From contig JAAILG010000792.1 in the NCBI GenBank assembly GCA_012026655.1, forward strand, positions 1-64,000: a stretch of DNA of 64,000 bases. The letters run 5' to 3'. The notes beneath the pieces are model-generated. The model was not told the DNA's origin and searched no databases. It was given only the letters and a program-made list of their open reading frames with translations. Position numbers and translations under genes: made by a program. The DNA comes from Hydrolagus affinis (lineage: Eukaryota). Below are positions 50,817 through 63,800 of the stretch, piece by piece. How positions within the stretch are numbered: the stretch's first letter is position 1; each line of letters opens with the position of its first letter.

Positions 50817-51233
50817 AATCTAACAGGAAAAAAAAATCTGTTTGAACTTGGATGTTATTTCCTGGGAGTGTGTGAAAACCCATCTGGCTGTTAAGGTAAC
50901 CATTCGAATGGTTTCCATCTTTGGTAAAGCCTTTCAAATCACAATTGTTGTTCAGTAAGTTTGAATTTGCAGTGGTTCTCAACATGAAATGTGTAGTTAT
51001 CAAATTTCTGAAACGTAAAACGTGCTGATGAAAGCCATTCTCCAAATAAAAGTGTTTACGTTTCTTATTAGGTAATCTGTGTTTGCAAATTAGCTCCCAA
51101 TAACGTATAGCCATTCCACTCTTGTATATTACGGGGCACGTTGAAAAATGCTGGTTTTATTTGGCAGCATACAGTTTGTTTCCCACCGGGTAACTGTCAC
51201 ATTAATTTGTTGGTCGCATTTCTTTCTGTGCAG

Positions 51234-51341
51234 GTGACGGATAAATCGGTAAAAGCATTTGCAGAACATTGTCCTCAGCTACAGTATGTGGGTTTTATGG
51301 GCTGCTCAGTCACATCCCAAGGGGTCATCCACCTCACCAGG
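51234..51341 (+). CDS. FBXL17: Internal coding exon of F-box/LRR-repeat protein 17 (LRR region)
   Basis: Acceptor tttctttctgtgcag| at 51233/51234 and donor AGG|gtaagt at 51341/51342. 108 nt = 36 codons, phase 0-0, VTDKSVKAFAEHCPQLQYVGFMGCSVTSQGVIHLTR. This is nearly identical to the human FBXL17 LRR segment as I recall it (VTDQSVKAFAEHCPELQYVGFMGCSVTSKGVIHLTK, also remembered as a 108-nt exon). Confidence 0.93.
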
Positions 51342-51484
51342 GTAAGTACTATCCTGTAACCACTTGTCGTAAGCATCTGTAATTACTGTCAATTCTGTGA
51401 GCTGTGACCGTATCTTTGAGAAAGCGTGATCGACTGAGGTGGGACACAAAGAAAAGCATATTGATTCTCCCCCCCTCTGAAACA

Positions 51485-51568
51485 ACTATCCTCACACAAG
51501 CTAAAAGTTTATACTATCTTTGCACAAGTTAAAAGTTGACACTATCTTCACACAAGTTAAAAGTTTAC
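51485..51568. repeat. Minisatellite, 28-bp unit x3
   Basis: actatcctcacacaagctaaaagtttat / actatctttgcacaagttaaaagttgac / actatcttcacacaagttaaaagtttac. Confidence 0.9.
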
Positions 51569-51761
51569 ATGTATGTTATGTTCAGCAAAGTTTGATCTGG
51601 AAGTGATTGGTATTCCTGCAATATCTTTTTAATTTAGTGAAATGCATTTCATGAAATAATTTATTTGTTGTGACTTCAGCATCAAGAGAGAGTTTGAATG
51701 CTGTAAAATAATATTTAGGTATAAGATTAAGTTAAAGAAAATTAGTCATTGGAAAGGGAGG

Positions 51762-51763
<2 letters not shown>

Positions 51764-51804
<41 letters not shown>
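51764..51804. repeat. (AC)n microsatellite, ~20 units
   Basis: Directly visible. Confidence 0.97.
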
Positions 51805-51806
<2 letters not shown>

Positions 51807-54800
51807 CAACGAGATGGACAGTTGGAGTTGGGTGTCTGAGTATTGAACTTATGGAAGGTGGGAATGTTCACACTAAAGAAGAGAAGGTTATAAAGGGTTT
51901 AAAGAAACTGAACCCTAATCATGTTTAACATGGCCAAACTAGGAGACATAGACTTGAGCTCAGAAGAGAGAATGTGAATAGTCCAGATTTTATTATTTTA
52001 AAGGTTTGTGGCTATGGAATAGTCTACCGCATGGAAGCTGGTTCCGGAACCCTGGTTTGCTGAAAACAGTGTCAGTCTTTACCTTAGTTATCGCATGTAA
52101 AATTCCTAATGGGGTTTAATTTGCAATTTTTAAAACTGGGATGGGAAGCGTCAATTGCAACTTCTGTTTGTGAGGATTGAAAGCGATATTAGCAAATGTG
52201 GGACTGCAAAATAGCTCATTGTAATTTGCAAAATGTGTCAAAACCATCCAGAGAGGGTAACAGTTCATTCGTATACAGTTCACTGGCACTGGAGGAGTTA
52301 ACCTGTTAAGTTCACTTGTATAGGGAGTGCTGGATGCTGGCAGCACCATGCCCATTGCTGGTATAGGGTAAGAATAGGGAGTAGAATCAATATCTTTTAT
52401 CCACAATTTTTCATTTGTAAATTACTGCTTCAAACCTTGCTGTGGTGTAGCACACTGCGGCATAGCTTGCTTACTGCACTCGGCTGAATTCTCAGCAGCT
52501 CTGATTCAATGAATAAGATTCAGTCTTAATTCTGTGCACAAAATCACTGGTGAATGGCGGCATATGTTTAAAAGAGGCAAAAGAGAGGGTTGCGAAGGAG
52601 AAACAGAGTACAAGCCATTGTCCTGTCCTATTCTGTTGGTAGCTGTGTTGTAAAAATAACAAAACCATGAGAGTTGAGCAGTTGCTACCCTGTGAGCTGC
52701 AATGTTTACAGTGGCTGACAATGTTCCCATTGGAAGAATATTGCACTGGAGATAAATGGCAAGAATATCACACCAAGCTCGGACCTGGCATTAGGCAGAC
52801 CTAGAGTTAGCCTGTTAAGTTCATCCAATAAATTTGATTGGAGCAAAACAAATCTACTATTGTATAGTCGTTTAAGACCTGAAGGACTAAAAAATCTTCC
52901 GATTTTCTCTGTTCACTCACACAATCTAGCAAATGTCACTACCTTAACCCAAGACCACACTAGACATTGTAGAACAGGGAGTTGCAGGTTTTATTTTATG
53001 TGGCTCTATAGGTTGGTTTCACCTAGGGTGGGCAGTAAGGGTACAGCAACACAACAACAACAACAACTTGGATTTATATAGCATCCTCCACGCTGGTCGG
53101 CGTCTCAGAGCGCTTAAATGGTAATGGTCCTCAGTTGGACTTGTGAGGTGAACTGTCAATCTCCAGGGCACTGCTGCTGTGGTTTGGGTACTCTTAAGCA
53201 TTGTGATGAGTTTCTGCATTTGACCCCCCTCCCCCCAAAATAAATACTGGACCGTTGCTGGCAGAAAGTGACAAGGTGTGCAAGTTTAACCGTCACAGAG
53301 GTGTGATCCGCCCTGTGGATAAGTATCTGACTCGATACCATCTGGTCAAGTTTGTATGTAAAAAGTAACAAGTTGGATGAGGTACCAATTGGGATGCCGA
53401 CTTGCATGAAGCCGAGAGTTACTGTTACGGGAGAGAAGAGGAGGAACGTGGAGAATTTTAACGGGTGTCTAGTGTTGTGCGAAGACAGCAAGTGAACTTC
53501 CAATTCTGTTTTGATTTGCTTTCCGAAAGTAGTTTAGAGTTTTTCAACCAAAACATTAATTTGATTTCTATCCATGTTCTTTGCCACAGCTAAGGATGTG
53601 GGATAATAAGGAGTATTATTTAGAAGGGATCAGGTTTTTCACGCAAGGCCAGCCAATACGTCTCCTATCTCGTAAAGCAAAGCACATTGGTATTCCTGTT
53701 CTTTCTGAGCGACGTCCGAACGGATCATAGAACATGCTGCCTCAGACTAATGGCCTTGGTCTGTGAAAGCGCCAATGCTGTTCACAGTCTCAATTCATCT
53801 AACAGTGTATGTAAAGCTGCTACCTGGAGCAGTTTACATACTGTTATCAGCTATTAGACCAACATGCCCTCCTCAGATAAGCACTGTACCTCTGTCAATC
53901 CATCGTAAATCCACAGCTGAGCTCCTCGAAGGTTTGGGTTTAATTTCATTTCTTCAAGGCTGCGTAAAGCGACCATAACAAGTTTACAACAAGAACATGT
54001 AAGTTAATGAGAGGTTTGTTAAGTGTTTCAAGTCCTGTCTACCTATCTTCTATTATCTTGTATGTGCAAAATAATGTTCTTAAAAGTGTGATGTTCACAA
54101 GGTTAGTTTTCATTTAAACCCTTATCTTCATAAAATTCCTTTCCATTGGCGAATGCCTTTCATGTTGGGAGGTCTTCCCAAAGCGCTTCACAGAATATAC
54201 TGTAAAGTGTAGTGACAATTTTTTTTATTGGTGAATTTATATCGTGGTCAGGATTGGTCTGGATCCTCAACCACTAGAAAATATAATAATAAAACACTAT
54301 AAAATACAATTGCAGAAATGTGTAATAAGTTTAAAGATAATTATTTAGCATTGGATCCAAACGATTACTTTTTCTTTTCCAAACCGGAACCAAGTGCATC
54401 ACTCATTTGTAAAACAAATTCTCCTTATATGTAAGAAAAAAAATTGCCTATTTTTTAATGTATCTGTAAGCTATGTTGGTTTAGCTGAAGGTTAAAGATC
54501 CTTTGGCATTTTATTACAGTCTGAATTTTCTAAACCAATATTCCTCTGATGCTTAAATTAGTAAAACAGCTCCTAGTTATTCCTCTTGCTACTGATTGTG
54601 AGATGATGAGCACAGATTAGCTGTCACGTTTGCCTCCATAATAACATTCACAATATTTCACGGTAAGTTGTATGAAATGCTTTGGGAAAATAGATGAGAG
54701 GCCATATCAAATCCAGGTGCTGTTACTGTGGGAACAAACTAAGTAATAACTCAATCCTTGCATTTGGTAGAGTGCTTTTCAGGTCAGGAAAATGTCCCAA

Positions 54801-55045
54801 ATTGCTTCATTGGATATACTGTATTGTAAAATGGAGTGACTGTGTGAAAGTGGCATCCAATTTTGCACACAATAATGTCCCTGCAAGCTGTGCCATTTGT
54901 TATGTCATTGCTTCGATATTCGTACCTTCACTATTTGACAAAAGAGCCCATTACAGATGGATTCCCCAAAATGCAAATGTGCCCATTGTTAAGTGCATTA
55001 CAGCTGCTGAATAGGAGCACACATGGGCTGAGACCTGAGTTGACA

Positions 55046-55240
55046 GGTGCCTCTGGTGGCTCAGTGATTAAATGCACTGTGCGTTGTGGTGCTGAGTAGT
55101 GCATGTTATGAAGGTGTTATGTTCACTCCCTCATCTATTTGAGTTACCTGATCCAAGCCAAAGGAGTACAGCTACTTCATTTTGGGTCTGGATTCTGGAT
55201 TAGGGAACCGGAAATCGGTAGAATTCCTGCTGTTCAGCAG
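55046..55240 (+). mobile_element. Ancient AmnSINE2-like SINE 5' half
   Basis: gtggctcagtgattaaatgcactg..tgtggtgctgag..gaaggt..gttc..gagttacctgatc matches the remembered family head; related pieces at 58375-58560 and 63735-63852. Confidence 0.5.
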
Positions 55241-55254
55241 AATCCAGCAACCTC

Positions 55255-55581
55255 TAATAAATAATAATAATCCTTACATTTGATATAGCTCTTTTCACGT
55301 CTTCTAGACGTTTCATGGCGCGTCACAGAATGCACTGTAAAGTAAATTGACTGTATATTTGTGGGCGAAACCGGCAGCCAATTGCGCACAGCAGTGTCCC
55401 ACTAACAGTTGTGGATTGAAATGACCAATTTTATTATTGTGTTTTTTTTTGGGACGGATTATTATTAGGCATATGGAGTAAGGAAACTTGCCCAATGTTT
55501 CGCTCTGACCTGCCTGGATTTGAACACAGGTCTCCCCAGCTTGCAAGACAAGTGCTCTAACCACTGAGCCACAGGAGCTCC
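55255..55581 (-). mobile_element. Young tRNA-SINE, full length
   Basis: Head ggagctcctgtggctcagtggttagagcacttgtcttgcaagctggggagacctgtgttcaaatcc on the minus strand; (ATT)n tail. Confidence 0.9.
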
Positions 55582-56398
55582 ATGCTGGTGTAGAGAAGGC
55601 AAAGCAACTGATGTGCAGGTGCAGTGAAAACAGTCATCACAGCCCAATCACTGCCTTTTCATCAGGTATAACCACACGTGTGCAAATTGTCAGTCAGGTT
55701 CACCTGCAAAATATAGTCACTACACTTTACAGTAACCCCTGTGAAGACAAAGGAGCTATATCAAATGTGAGAATTACTATATATCCACACATGTACACCT
55801 CAATCCAAACATGCGTGCACACACATACAGAGTAACATACTATTAACCCTGATAGTTAATGGAAAATGTTGCCAGATGAAATCATTTCAACTCAGCTCCC
55901 TATCTCTCCGATCTGTTTACTTCACAACCCGCAGCCTCTACTTCCTGCTTAACTCTTGTTCCACCATTTTTAGCTGCACTTTCAATCACTACGCCCCGAA
56001 ACTCTGGAATACTTTTCCTCTATCGCTCTGCCTTACCCCTTCCTTATCTAAAGGTGACACCTGAAGACCTTCGTCTTCAAACGTGCCTATGGTCACCTCG
56101 CCCAGGCTCGGCATCATGTTCCGACACTATCAAGTGCTCTGGGACTCTACTGTGTGAGAGGGGCGCGAAATAAATGCAAGACAAGTTGTTCTTGTCTTGG
56201 ATTTATCTAAATACCCCCCCACCCTTTCCCTCCACCTTTCCTGTCCCCAGCTCGAATCTGAAACCATGACTGTCCAGCATCTTGAGACGTCCTCCTGACG
56301 TGAAAGACACTATACAAGTGTAATTTTTTTTTGTTGTTGTTGTTGGACTGCAGGAGCTCGAGATTTCTCTGCTGTGTGCCTCACAGACCTTTACTGTT

Positions 56399-56620
56399 GG
56401 AGCTCCTGTGGCTCAGTGGTTAGAGCACTTGTCTTGCAAGCTGGGGAGACCAAGCTGGGGAGATGTGTGTTTGAATCCAGGCAGGTCAGGGCGAAACCTT
56501 GGGCAAGTTTCCTTACTCCACACACGTAATAATAATCCCTCAAAAAAAAACACAATAATAAAATTGATCATTTCAATCCACGACTGTGTGTGGACACTGC
56601 TGTGCGCAATTGGCTGCCGC
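56399..56620 (+). mobile_element. Young tRNA-SINE, 3'-truncated, inverted relative to 55255-55581
   Basis: Near-identical head; internal 13-14-bp tandem duplication caagctggggaga(c) at 56437-56463. Confidence 0.88.
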
Positions 56621-58374
56621 GATGAAGTAACAATTTTTATAGCATAGAGGTGTGGAGGTAACATCATAGTCAATCTTACTTAACAGATTTATTGACTTAG
56701 GCTGAAGACAAGGCACTATTTGTGTGCCTACTGTCCAAATCTGTCTGTATCTTGCTGCAGTGTTTCAGTAGCAACTTGTCTTCTGGATGGGATGACAGTG
56801 GTGTCAGCAAAGGGAGAGCAGTATTATTTTTCATGACCTTCACTGGGTCAATGAGGAAAACAAGTGTTGGAGGGGTAGGGATTCTCCCAGGGATTCCTAT
56901 AGAGGCAAAGGAAGCAAATTAAATTTATTGTGACCTGTTGTTTGTGCCCTTTGAGAAAGGTGTACTTCTAGTTCAGGGGGCAATGAAAAATAGACATGAA
57001 TGACTATATGGGCTTTGAAATCAGCATGAGGTCTGCATGATCGCAGCACCTTGGAACGTTCTCCTTTTATGTAAGAAAGAACCTTCCAGGGCCTTGGGAC
57101 ATCCTTCCAACGTGAAAGGCACTATTAAATTAAATTTTGTTGTTGTTGTGGCTGCAGCTGCTGTTGATGTATATCCGAAGGGCTGATTAGAAGAACCTAT
57201 AACTCATGCTCTTCATATCCATTCTTGAAGAACCTGTGAAAGTATTTTTTTACATGTATATTTGTATTTTTTGCATGCCTATGTCCATGCATTGGCGTGT
57301 ATCAATGTTTTGAATGCTTCCACATACTATACATGTGTTTTTAGGGTATGCATGCACATTCTGTGTGTGTGCGTAAGTGTAAGTATGTGTTTTATGAAGG
57401 ATGGAGCTTCAACCCAAGAAGGGTTGGGTTTGATGCCTGTCTGGGAGGTTTGACATCTTCAGTGGAGGCTTGTTACAATGCGCTTCCTGGGATCCATAAA
57501 ATTTCAGCCCGCCTGATAAGAAGGCCACAAACCAGTGACATGTATTTGCAGTGAATGGCACATACCATTTGTATTGTGAGAGAATCACTGCTGTAACAAA
57601 ATGTGCTATAGTGGGGCTGCACTGCATTTTGGCCAGTCATCCTTGCTCTCTTTCATAAGCCTCAAAAAACTGGTGAAACTGGACAAAATACTTGAGTATC
57701 TGGTCCTTCGAGGGTTATAGGGCCCAAAAGGGTTGGACTTATCTTACTCCACTGTTTGTAAAAGCTGCATTCACATTGATTACATTCCCTACTGTCACTT
57801 ATAAACTCAGTAATGGGCTTATCTGTTGACAACAGTGACATGTCTGTTCACATAGCAGTTGCTTTATGCATTGCTGCAATGTAGTGCTGCAAAGAGACTG
57901 ATTAGGTTGGCAGAGACTGAACATGAGCCAATGAAAGAACCTGTTCAAGTTCATCCATCAGGTACCGAAACTCAACACTCCAATCGAACCTCCGCTCAGT
58001 TGATCATGCCAGCACACTGTGAGACTTGGGTAAAGCGTTTTTTCAAAGCAAAATCATTTCCTGTGCTTGTAAGTGAAAGAGAGACGTGCTGAACTTGCTG
58101 GGAGACTACAGGAGATAGGAACACCAGGGAGCCCTCTTTTGCTACCCACTCGAGCAGAAGCTGTCCACAAGTCCTGCACAATCAGTGAGATAACAAGTGA
58201 ATGGGATCAACATGGTGTACTGGAGCAGCGTGGCTCTAATAGGTAATTGGCTCCTTCTAAGGAATGTAAACCTAACCAGCTGTGTTAACAGAGGAGAACT
58301 GAGTTCCCCAATGTTGTCATGGACATAGGCACCGCCCAGTTGTACTCAGCAATAGTGACTGATGTTGACAGATT

Positions 58375-58560
58375 TAAAATGGTGTCTCTGCTGATTTAGT
58401 TTATCTTAATCTGGACTGGGGGAAGCATTAATCCAGGGTTCCAGCTCCTGATTACTGTTCAGTGGTCTTTGTTGGAAGTTGCATATATATGGAGCTCAGA
58501 TAAGGACAGGATTTGATTCCACTCTGATGCTTTGGCCCAGCTGGAAAATACCTGTGGAAT
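58375..58560 (+). mobile_element. Ancient AmnSINE2-like SINE middle fragment
   Basis: ccagggttccagctcctgattactgttcagtg..ggaagttgc..ggacaggatt..ctgatgc. Confidence 0.5.
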
Positions 58561-59713
58561 CAGACCTCATTATAAGACTCCATGCCTTCAGAAAAGGAGG
58601 AATAAATATGGAATATTGCAGCATAGAAACAGCTGACTTGGCCCATTAAGTCTGCGTTAAGACCACATGAGCCACTTTGTTGCTCACTCCTCATCGTCTG
58701 TAATATTCCCTCTTTTTCAAGAGTTAAGAGAGTTCCAGAGCGGGGTCGAGTGGGGTGGGGTGGGGGGCTGCAATATGACTGAAGGCTCGCCTGCCATTGG
58801 TAGGTTGGAGGGACTGGTGATGTGGAACTGTGCTCAGGACTGAGGAAGCAGAATCCTTTTATTTCACCCATAAAATATACAGTTAATTCACTTTACAGTA
58901 TATTCTGTGACACCTCAGAAGAGATTGGGCTCTATATCAAATACAAGGATTATTATCATTGTTTTATTGGAACTACTGCTAAAGAAGATAACAAGTTTAC
59001 ATTTATATAGCACCTTTCATGTCAAGCAGACAATTTGTCTTGGGGGCATCAAAGGGATAGAAATAGGGTCCAGTGAGTATAAACCTGTATGAATATTGAC
59101 AGAGGCAAAGTTATGTTTTTTTCTTAACCTGGTGAAGGAAATTGGATAGCTGGCAGGCCTTTCCTTCATATGGGAAGTTACGGGATCTTAAGAGAACACC
59201 TTTACTCTTTAAACTTGAGTGACAAACCATCAGTCGCACTGACCAAAAACAATTAAAAATCAACTGACTGTTGGAATAGCTTGCGGAATATTTAGACAGG
59301 TAGATTGAGAGTCTTCCAGAGGCTGGCATCCTTGAGGAATGTGAAGGCATAGAAGTAGTTATTATTAAATTGCCTCTTTCTCCTGCCTCGACCAAGGTCT
59401 TTCCTCTAGCAACACAAGAAATTCGGCCTCCTGTCAAAAGACTTGCAGTAAATTTCTATAAATGTTTGGGTCACGTTTCCAGCCTGTGTGATATTATGTC
59501 GAATGAGGCCTGAGGTGGGATTGTCTGACCTAGTTCTGAATGGTGATAACAAGATAGTTAAACAGCCTGATATCCTGCAAACTAGCAAATGTAGTTTGGA
59601 TATTTAAATATTTTTTAGTGTAAGTGAGGTGGTGAACTTAATAAGGATAATCTCTGTGTTTGATATTCCACCTTATTATGCTGTTGAGACCTCTCAAAGT
59701 GCTTCACAGTATA

Positions 59714-60863
59714 CAGGTAAGCCTCTGTTAGGACGCTTCTATTTAGGACGTTTCGATTCAAGGAGCATAATTTTGTAACACCTTTTGATCGATATAGGAC
59801 ACTTGGATTCGTTTTAACAAACCAAATTCTTTTGCGCATGCGCAATACATATTTTGAATATCGCGGTCGCATTTTGCATATCCTTTTTGTCCATACTCAC
59901 AGTCCATAGTGTATTCGCGGGTAAATCCAATAGCATGTCACTACATCATTGTTTAAAAGCCAGCTGATTTTGAAGCGACAACACGCCATGTCAGTATTTC
60001 AGTAATTTCCGAACATTCCAGAGCAACTTCGAGCGATTTACAGCCTCTACCGCAATTCTAGCAAGTCGGGAAGAGACAGCAGTAAGTGAAATGAGCAGCG
60101 GTAATTCCGCTAGCGGCCAGAAACCCAGCAAAGTCAGCACTTTAAATACCAAATTGGAGGTGATAAAGCGCATCGATTCTGGTGAAAAGGGTATGGATGT
60201 CGGGAGGGCTTTAGGGCTAGTTAGATCGACGGTGGCTACTATAAAACAGAATACGGACAATATACTGGCAAGTTCAAGGTGTGTTACAGCTACAGATGCA
60301 AGCAGATTAGCAAAACATAGGAGTGATGTGATGGAAAACGTAGAAAGAATGCTGAGTGTCTGGATTGAGGATCAGACCCAGCGTAATATACCACTCAACA
60401 TCCTGGTTATCCAAGAGAAGGCCAAATCATTGCTTAGGGAGTTAAATGATCAGTAAGGAGAAGGCTCAACGTCACCATCTTTCAGTGCTAGCAGAGGGTG
60501 GTTTCAAAGGTTTAAAAGACGTTATGGGCTCCACAACATCAAGACGAGTGGGGAAGCTGCAAGTGCCACTGCCACTATTAAAGTTTGCCAGTGGTGTACT
60601 GTATTAAAATTTGCCAGTATTAAAGTACAATACTGTACAGTTATCCCCAAGTACCCCTTCTTGCCTATGTGTGTTAACTTGTGTGTTATGTTGTGTGGTT
60701 TTGTGTATTAGTTAGTGGATTTAAGGTCCGAAAATTTTGTGAAAAGCACGCATCTCTGGTTATATAATGGAACTGCATGGGAAATCGCGTTTCGATTTAG
60801 GATGTTTCGATCTAGATACAGTTTTTCATGAACGCAACCCCGTCCTAAATAGAGGTTTACCTG
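59714..60863 (+). mobile_element. Internally deleted Tigger (pogo-family) DNA transposon
   Basis: TA|CAGGTAAGCCTCTGTTAGGACG ... CGTCCTAAATAGAGGTTTACCTG|TA (TIR ~23 bp); subterminal TTTAGGAYGTTTCGAT repeats at both ends; transposase N-terminus inside. Confidence 0.92.
60091..60567 (+). pseudogene. Tigger transposase remnant: HTH_psq plus CENP-B-type HTH, premature stop, DDE domain deleted
   Basis: 121-aa ORF (STLNTKLEVIKRIDSGEKGMDVGRALGLVRSTVATI; MENVERMLSVWIEDQTQRNIPL..IQEKAKSL), TAA at 60454-60456, then in-frame FSASRGWFQRFKRRYGLHNIKTSGEAASA typical of TIGD/Tigger proteins. Confidence 0.88.
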
Positions 60864-63800
60864 TATACTGTAAATGCTGAGACTATATTTTATGGAAGAT
60901 CTCCACAGAACACAGCATTGTCTCACAAACAACTGGAGTGAATGACCAATTTTATTTAGGGGATTGTTAGCCAAGACATTGGGAGAAACTTTCAAACAGT
61001 GCCGTGGGATCTTTAACGTCCGCCTGGACAGGCAGGTGGGACCTTCGCTTAATGTCTCACCTGAAGGACAGCACCTTCGACAATGCAGTATACACCCAAC
61101 CCAGGACTGTATTAGAGTGTCAGAATAACCTATTTGGGTTCCTAACGTGGGACTTGAAACCCAAACTTTATGACTCAGAGGTGAGAAAGCCAGCAATCGA
61201 GTCAGGCTGACCTTGTGAACAGACTACCAGTAAGGCTGATGGTCTCAGCAAGTTCAAGAGGGAATTGAAAGGAAAATCATTTGAGAATTATTGTTTTTGA
61301 AGGATTGTAGTTTTACTTTGGAATAGCCAGTGACCCTCCCCTAGTCCACACCCACCCACCCTCCTTTGGCATTGTGCCCGTGTTTAAAATCTCTTTATAC
61401 AGTATATCTCTATATTTCTTTAAAATACAAAGTTTTGAGAAAAAGTTCCATTTAATTTTTTAAGTTTTTTTTCATGTCGTTCCAGGCAACAAAGCGATCG
61501 ATGGTTCATTTTGTCTGAAGGTGGCACGTAATTAATTACTTAATTTCTCCTCCAGGAACATTGATCTAATTATTCCAAAAGCATTTTCTTTTGTCTTTCC
61601 CTCTCTCTCTCTCTCTCTGTGTCCTCTTTCTTCTGCATTTTCTGTGTTTCTTCTAACTTTTGTAACTTCTCCTAGGATTTGACTCATTTTTAACTGCTGA
61701 GTGAATAATACAATTATAGAAATCATCCACTATTTTAATGTAGTGTATATTGGAAGTCCCAGAGTGTTTCACAGAATCTGCTGCAAAGTGGAATGGCTGA
61801 AATTTTATGGGCAAATGTAACAGCCAATTTCGCACAGCAGTGTTCCACAATGAACAATGAACGTGATGATGATAATAATAAGGTTATAATAATAATAATC
61901 TTGGAAAGACCAATTACAGTTCCATTGATACCAGTCACCCTCTGGCGCGTCACCCAAGTGGCAATTATTTACACGTGAGTTTTGACACTGAGTGTTAGTT
62001 AGTAAGCTCTTCAATCGAACAAGGTGACAGAGCCAAGTCCTAAAATCCCAAGAGAGAATTTGTTGAAGAAGGCCCTTTGATCTCATCCTTTCAGCGCTTT
62101 GGGATGTCCTCCCTATGTGAAAGGTGCTCCACAAATGTAATTTTGTTGTTGTTCTAGAATACACGTCGCATAATCTTGTACATTTTCACTCCCATTTAAA
62201 ATCTTATATACATCTGGAATGTCTACTCGGAAACATCACTTTTCATGATTGAGCTCATTCCTCCCAACAAATTTCTGGATTTGTGCCTGCCTTTCAGCGC
62301 CTTGAGACGTCCTCTCGATGTGAAGGGCACTCTATAAATGTAATTTTGTTGTTGTTTTTGTGGCCTGATTTAAGAGGTTCCTATATTAAAAGGTACAAAT
62401 GCGGGAGCAACGGTCAAACAGTTCTGAAACTGGATGTCCTGTCACGTCCAATAGTACAAAGGACCATATAAATCTTACTATCACCACCCAGTGTCTGTGC
62501 AGCTTAGGGCACACACTGCACAAAACACTCTAGATTTATGATTTCCTGTTTAATTCATGCAAATGAATGCTTTTGGAAATTTCTCTACATCCTGTGATCT
62601 GTTAATTGAGCTATTTTGTAATTCTGTATCAGGGTGATACGTTTCACCTGGGAATTTTTTTTATTGGCAATTGTGTTCTGTGTAAGTGGGAGAGCACTGC
62701 AGGAAGAATCAGCCATCATCTCCAATCTGAGGAAAAAGGCCAGTGTCACAAGCTGTGTTTCGTACCCCCATATGATTCAGTATGTTTAGCAAATCCTTGA
62801 AATGTTAATTTTTGAGTGGTGCATTGTCCTTTAGTATCCCACTGCAGGTTTCATTACGACTTTATAATGATCTATTTCAGATGGAGATAAATATGCAAAT
62901 GTTTATGTTTTCATAATTGCTTTGCAAGAGTACACAGTAATATTCCTGCTAGATTAAATTGGTCATTCACTTCATGGCTGTTTGTGGGATACAGTATGTG
63001 CAAATTTGCATACACACCTGCAAAATACAGTCACTACCCTGCAATGAAACCCCATGAAGCATTTTAAAATGTTTCAAGGACGTGATAGGTGCTGGATCAA
63101 ATGCAAGGATTATTATTATAGTTGAGTAAATGTTATAGATTTTGAGATGACTGCTTGCAATTCTCTCTTTCCATAAATACACATTTACTTTGTTTTGATT
63201 TATATTCAACTTTTGACAGCTCTTTTGCAACTGAAAATATCAGTGAGCAAAACAACAAAATAGTGTTTCTTCCTGAACTTGCATTGCAAGCGTTCCTGGA
63301 TGCAAGGCCTAAAGTGAAGTAATTAACCACGGAATGAAATTGCCCCATTCAAGTGATCAATACCACATTTGGTGTCCTCCACACTGCTTGTCTTTCCTGC
63401 AGGTCAGCTTGCGTGGGAAAATGAGATTGTCGGAGAAAAGCGATAAAATTCAGAGGCATTTAACAATGAGACAGATAAATTGGGACATGTACAGTAACAC
63501 AATTGGTACTCAAAATGTCAAATACAATGATTGGGTGAAGTGTGTAACGTTAAATAAGATGAGTTCAACAGTGAATTCATTGTCACAGTGTGTGGCTGCC
63601 ACTACAAATAAAACATTGAAATATGTACGTATTTCTGCAGAATAAGAGTCCCAAGGAAATGTTACACTTCACAAAGCATTGCTGAGATTGCGGGTGGGGT
63701 ACTGTATTATGTTCAACCTCCAAAATCTACTTGCGGGAAATACTGTGGTAGCAAGCCACACAGATCAGGAAAGGTGCCAAGCTAAATCACTTGTCAGTGC

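Larger units (their letters stand above)
59636..61211 (-). mobile_element. Deu-domain SINE split by the Tigger insertion
   Basis: Tail at 59636-59713 (..ctctcaaagtgcttcacagta) resumes at 60864 (tactgtaaa..) through the Deu core (cagtgccgtgggatctttaacgtc) to the head (gggacttgaaaccc..tgactcagaggtgaga). Confidence 0.8.

Noticed and set aside
51141-51359. 72-aa ORF as a standalone small gene
   Set aside because: Only 51234-51341 matches FBXL17 and it is bounded by canonical splice sites; the flanks are intron.
51485-51568. CRISPR-like 28-bp repeats
   Set aside because: Head-to-tail with no spacers, eukaryotic context, no cas genes.
56399-56490. tRNA gene-like sequence (also other SINE heads)
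   Set aside because: A/B boxes run directly into the SINE body; no proper acceptor stem or terminator.
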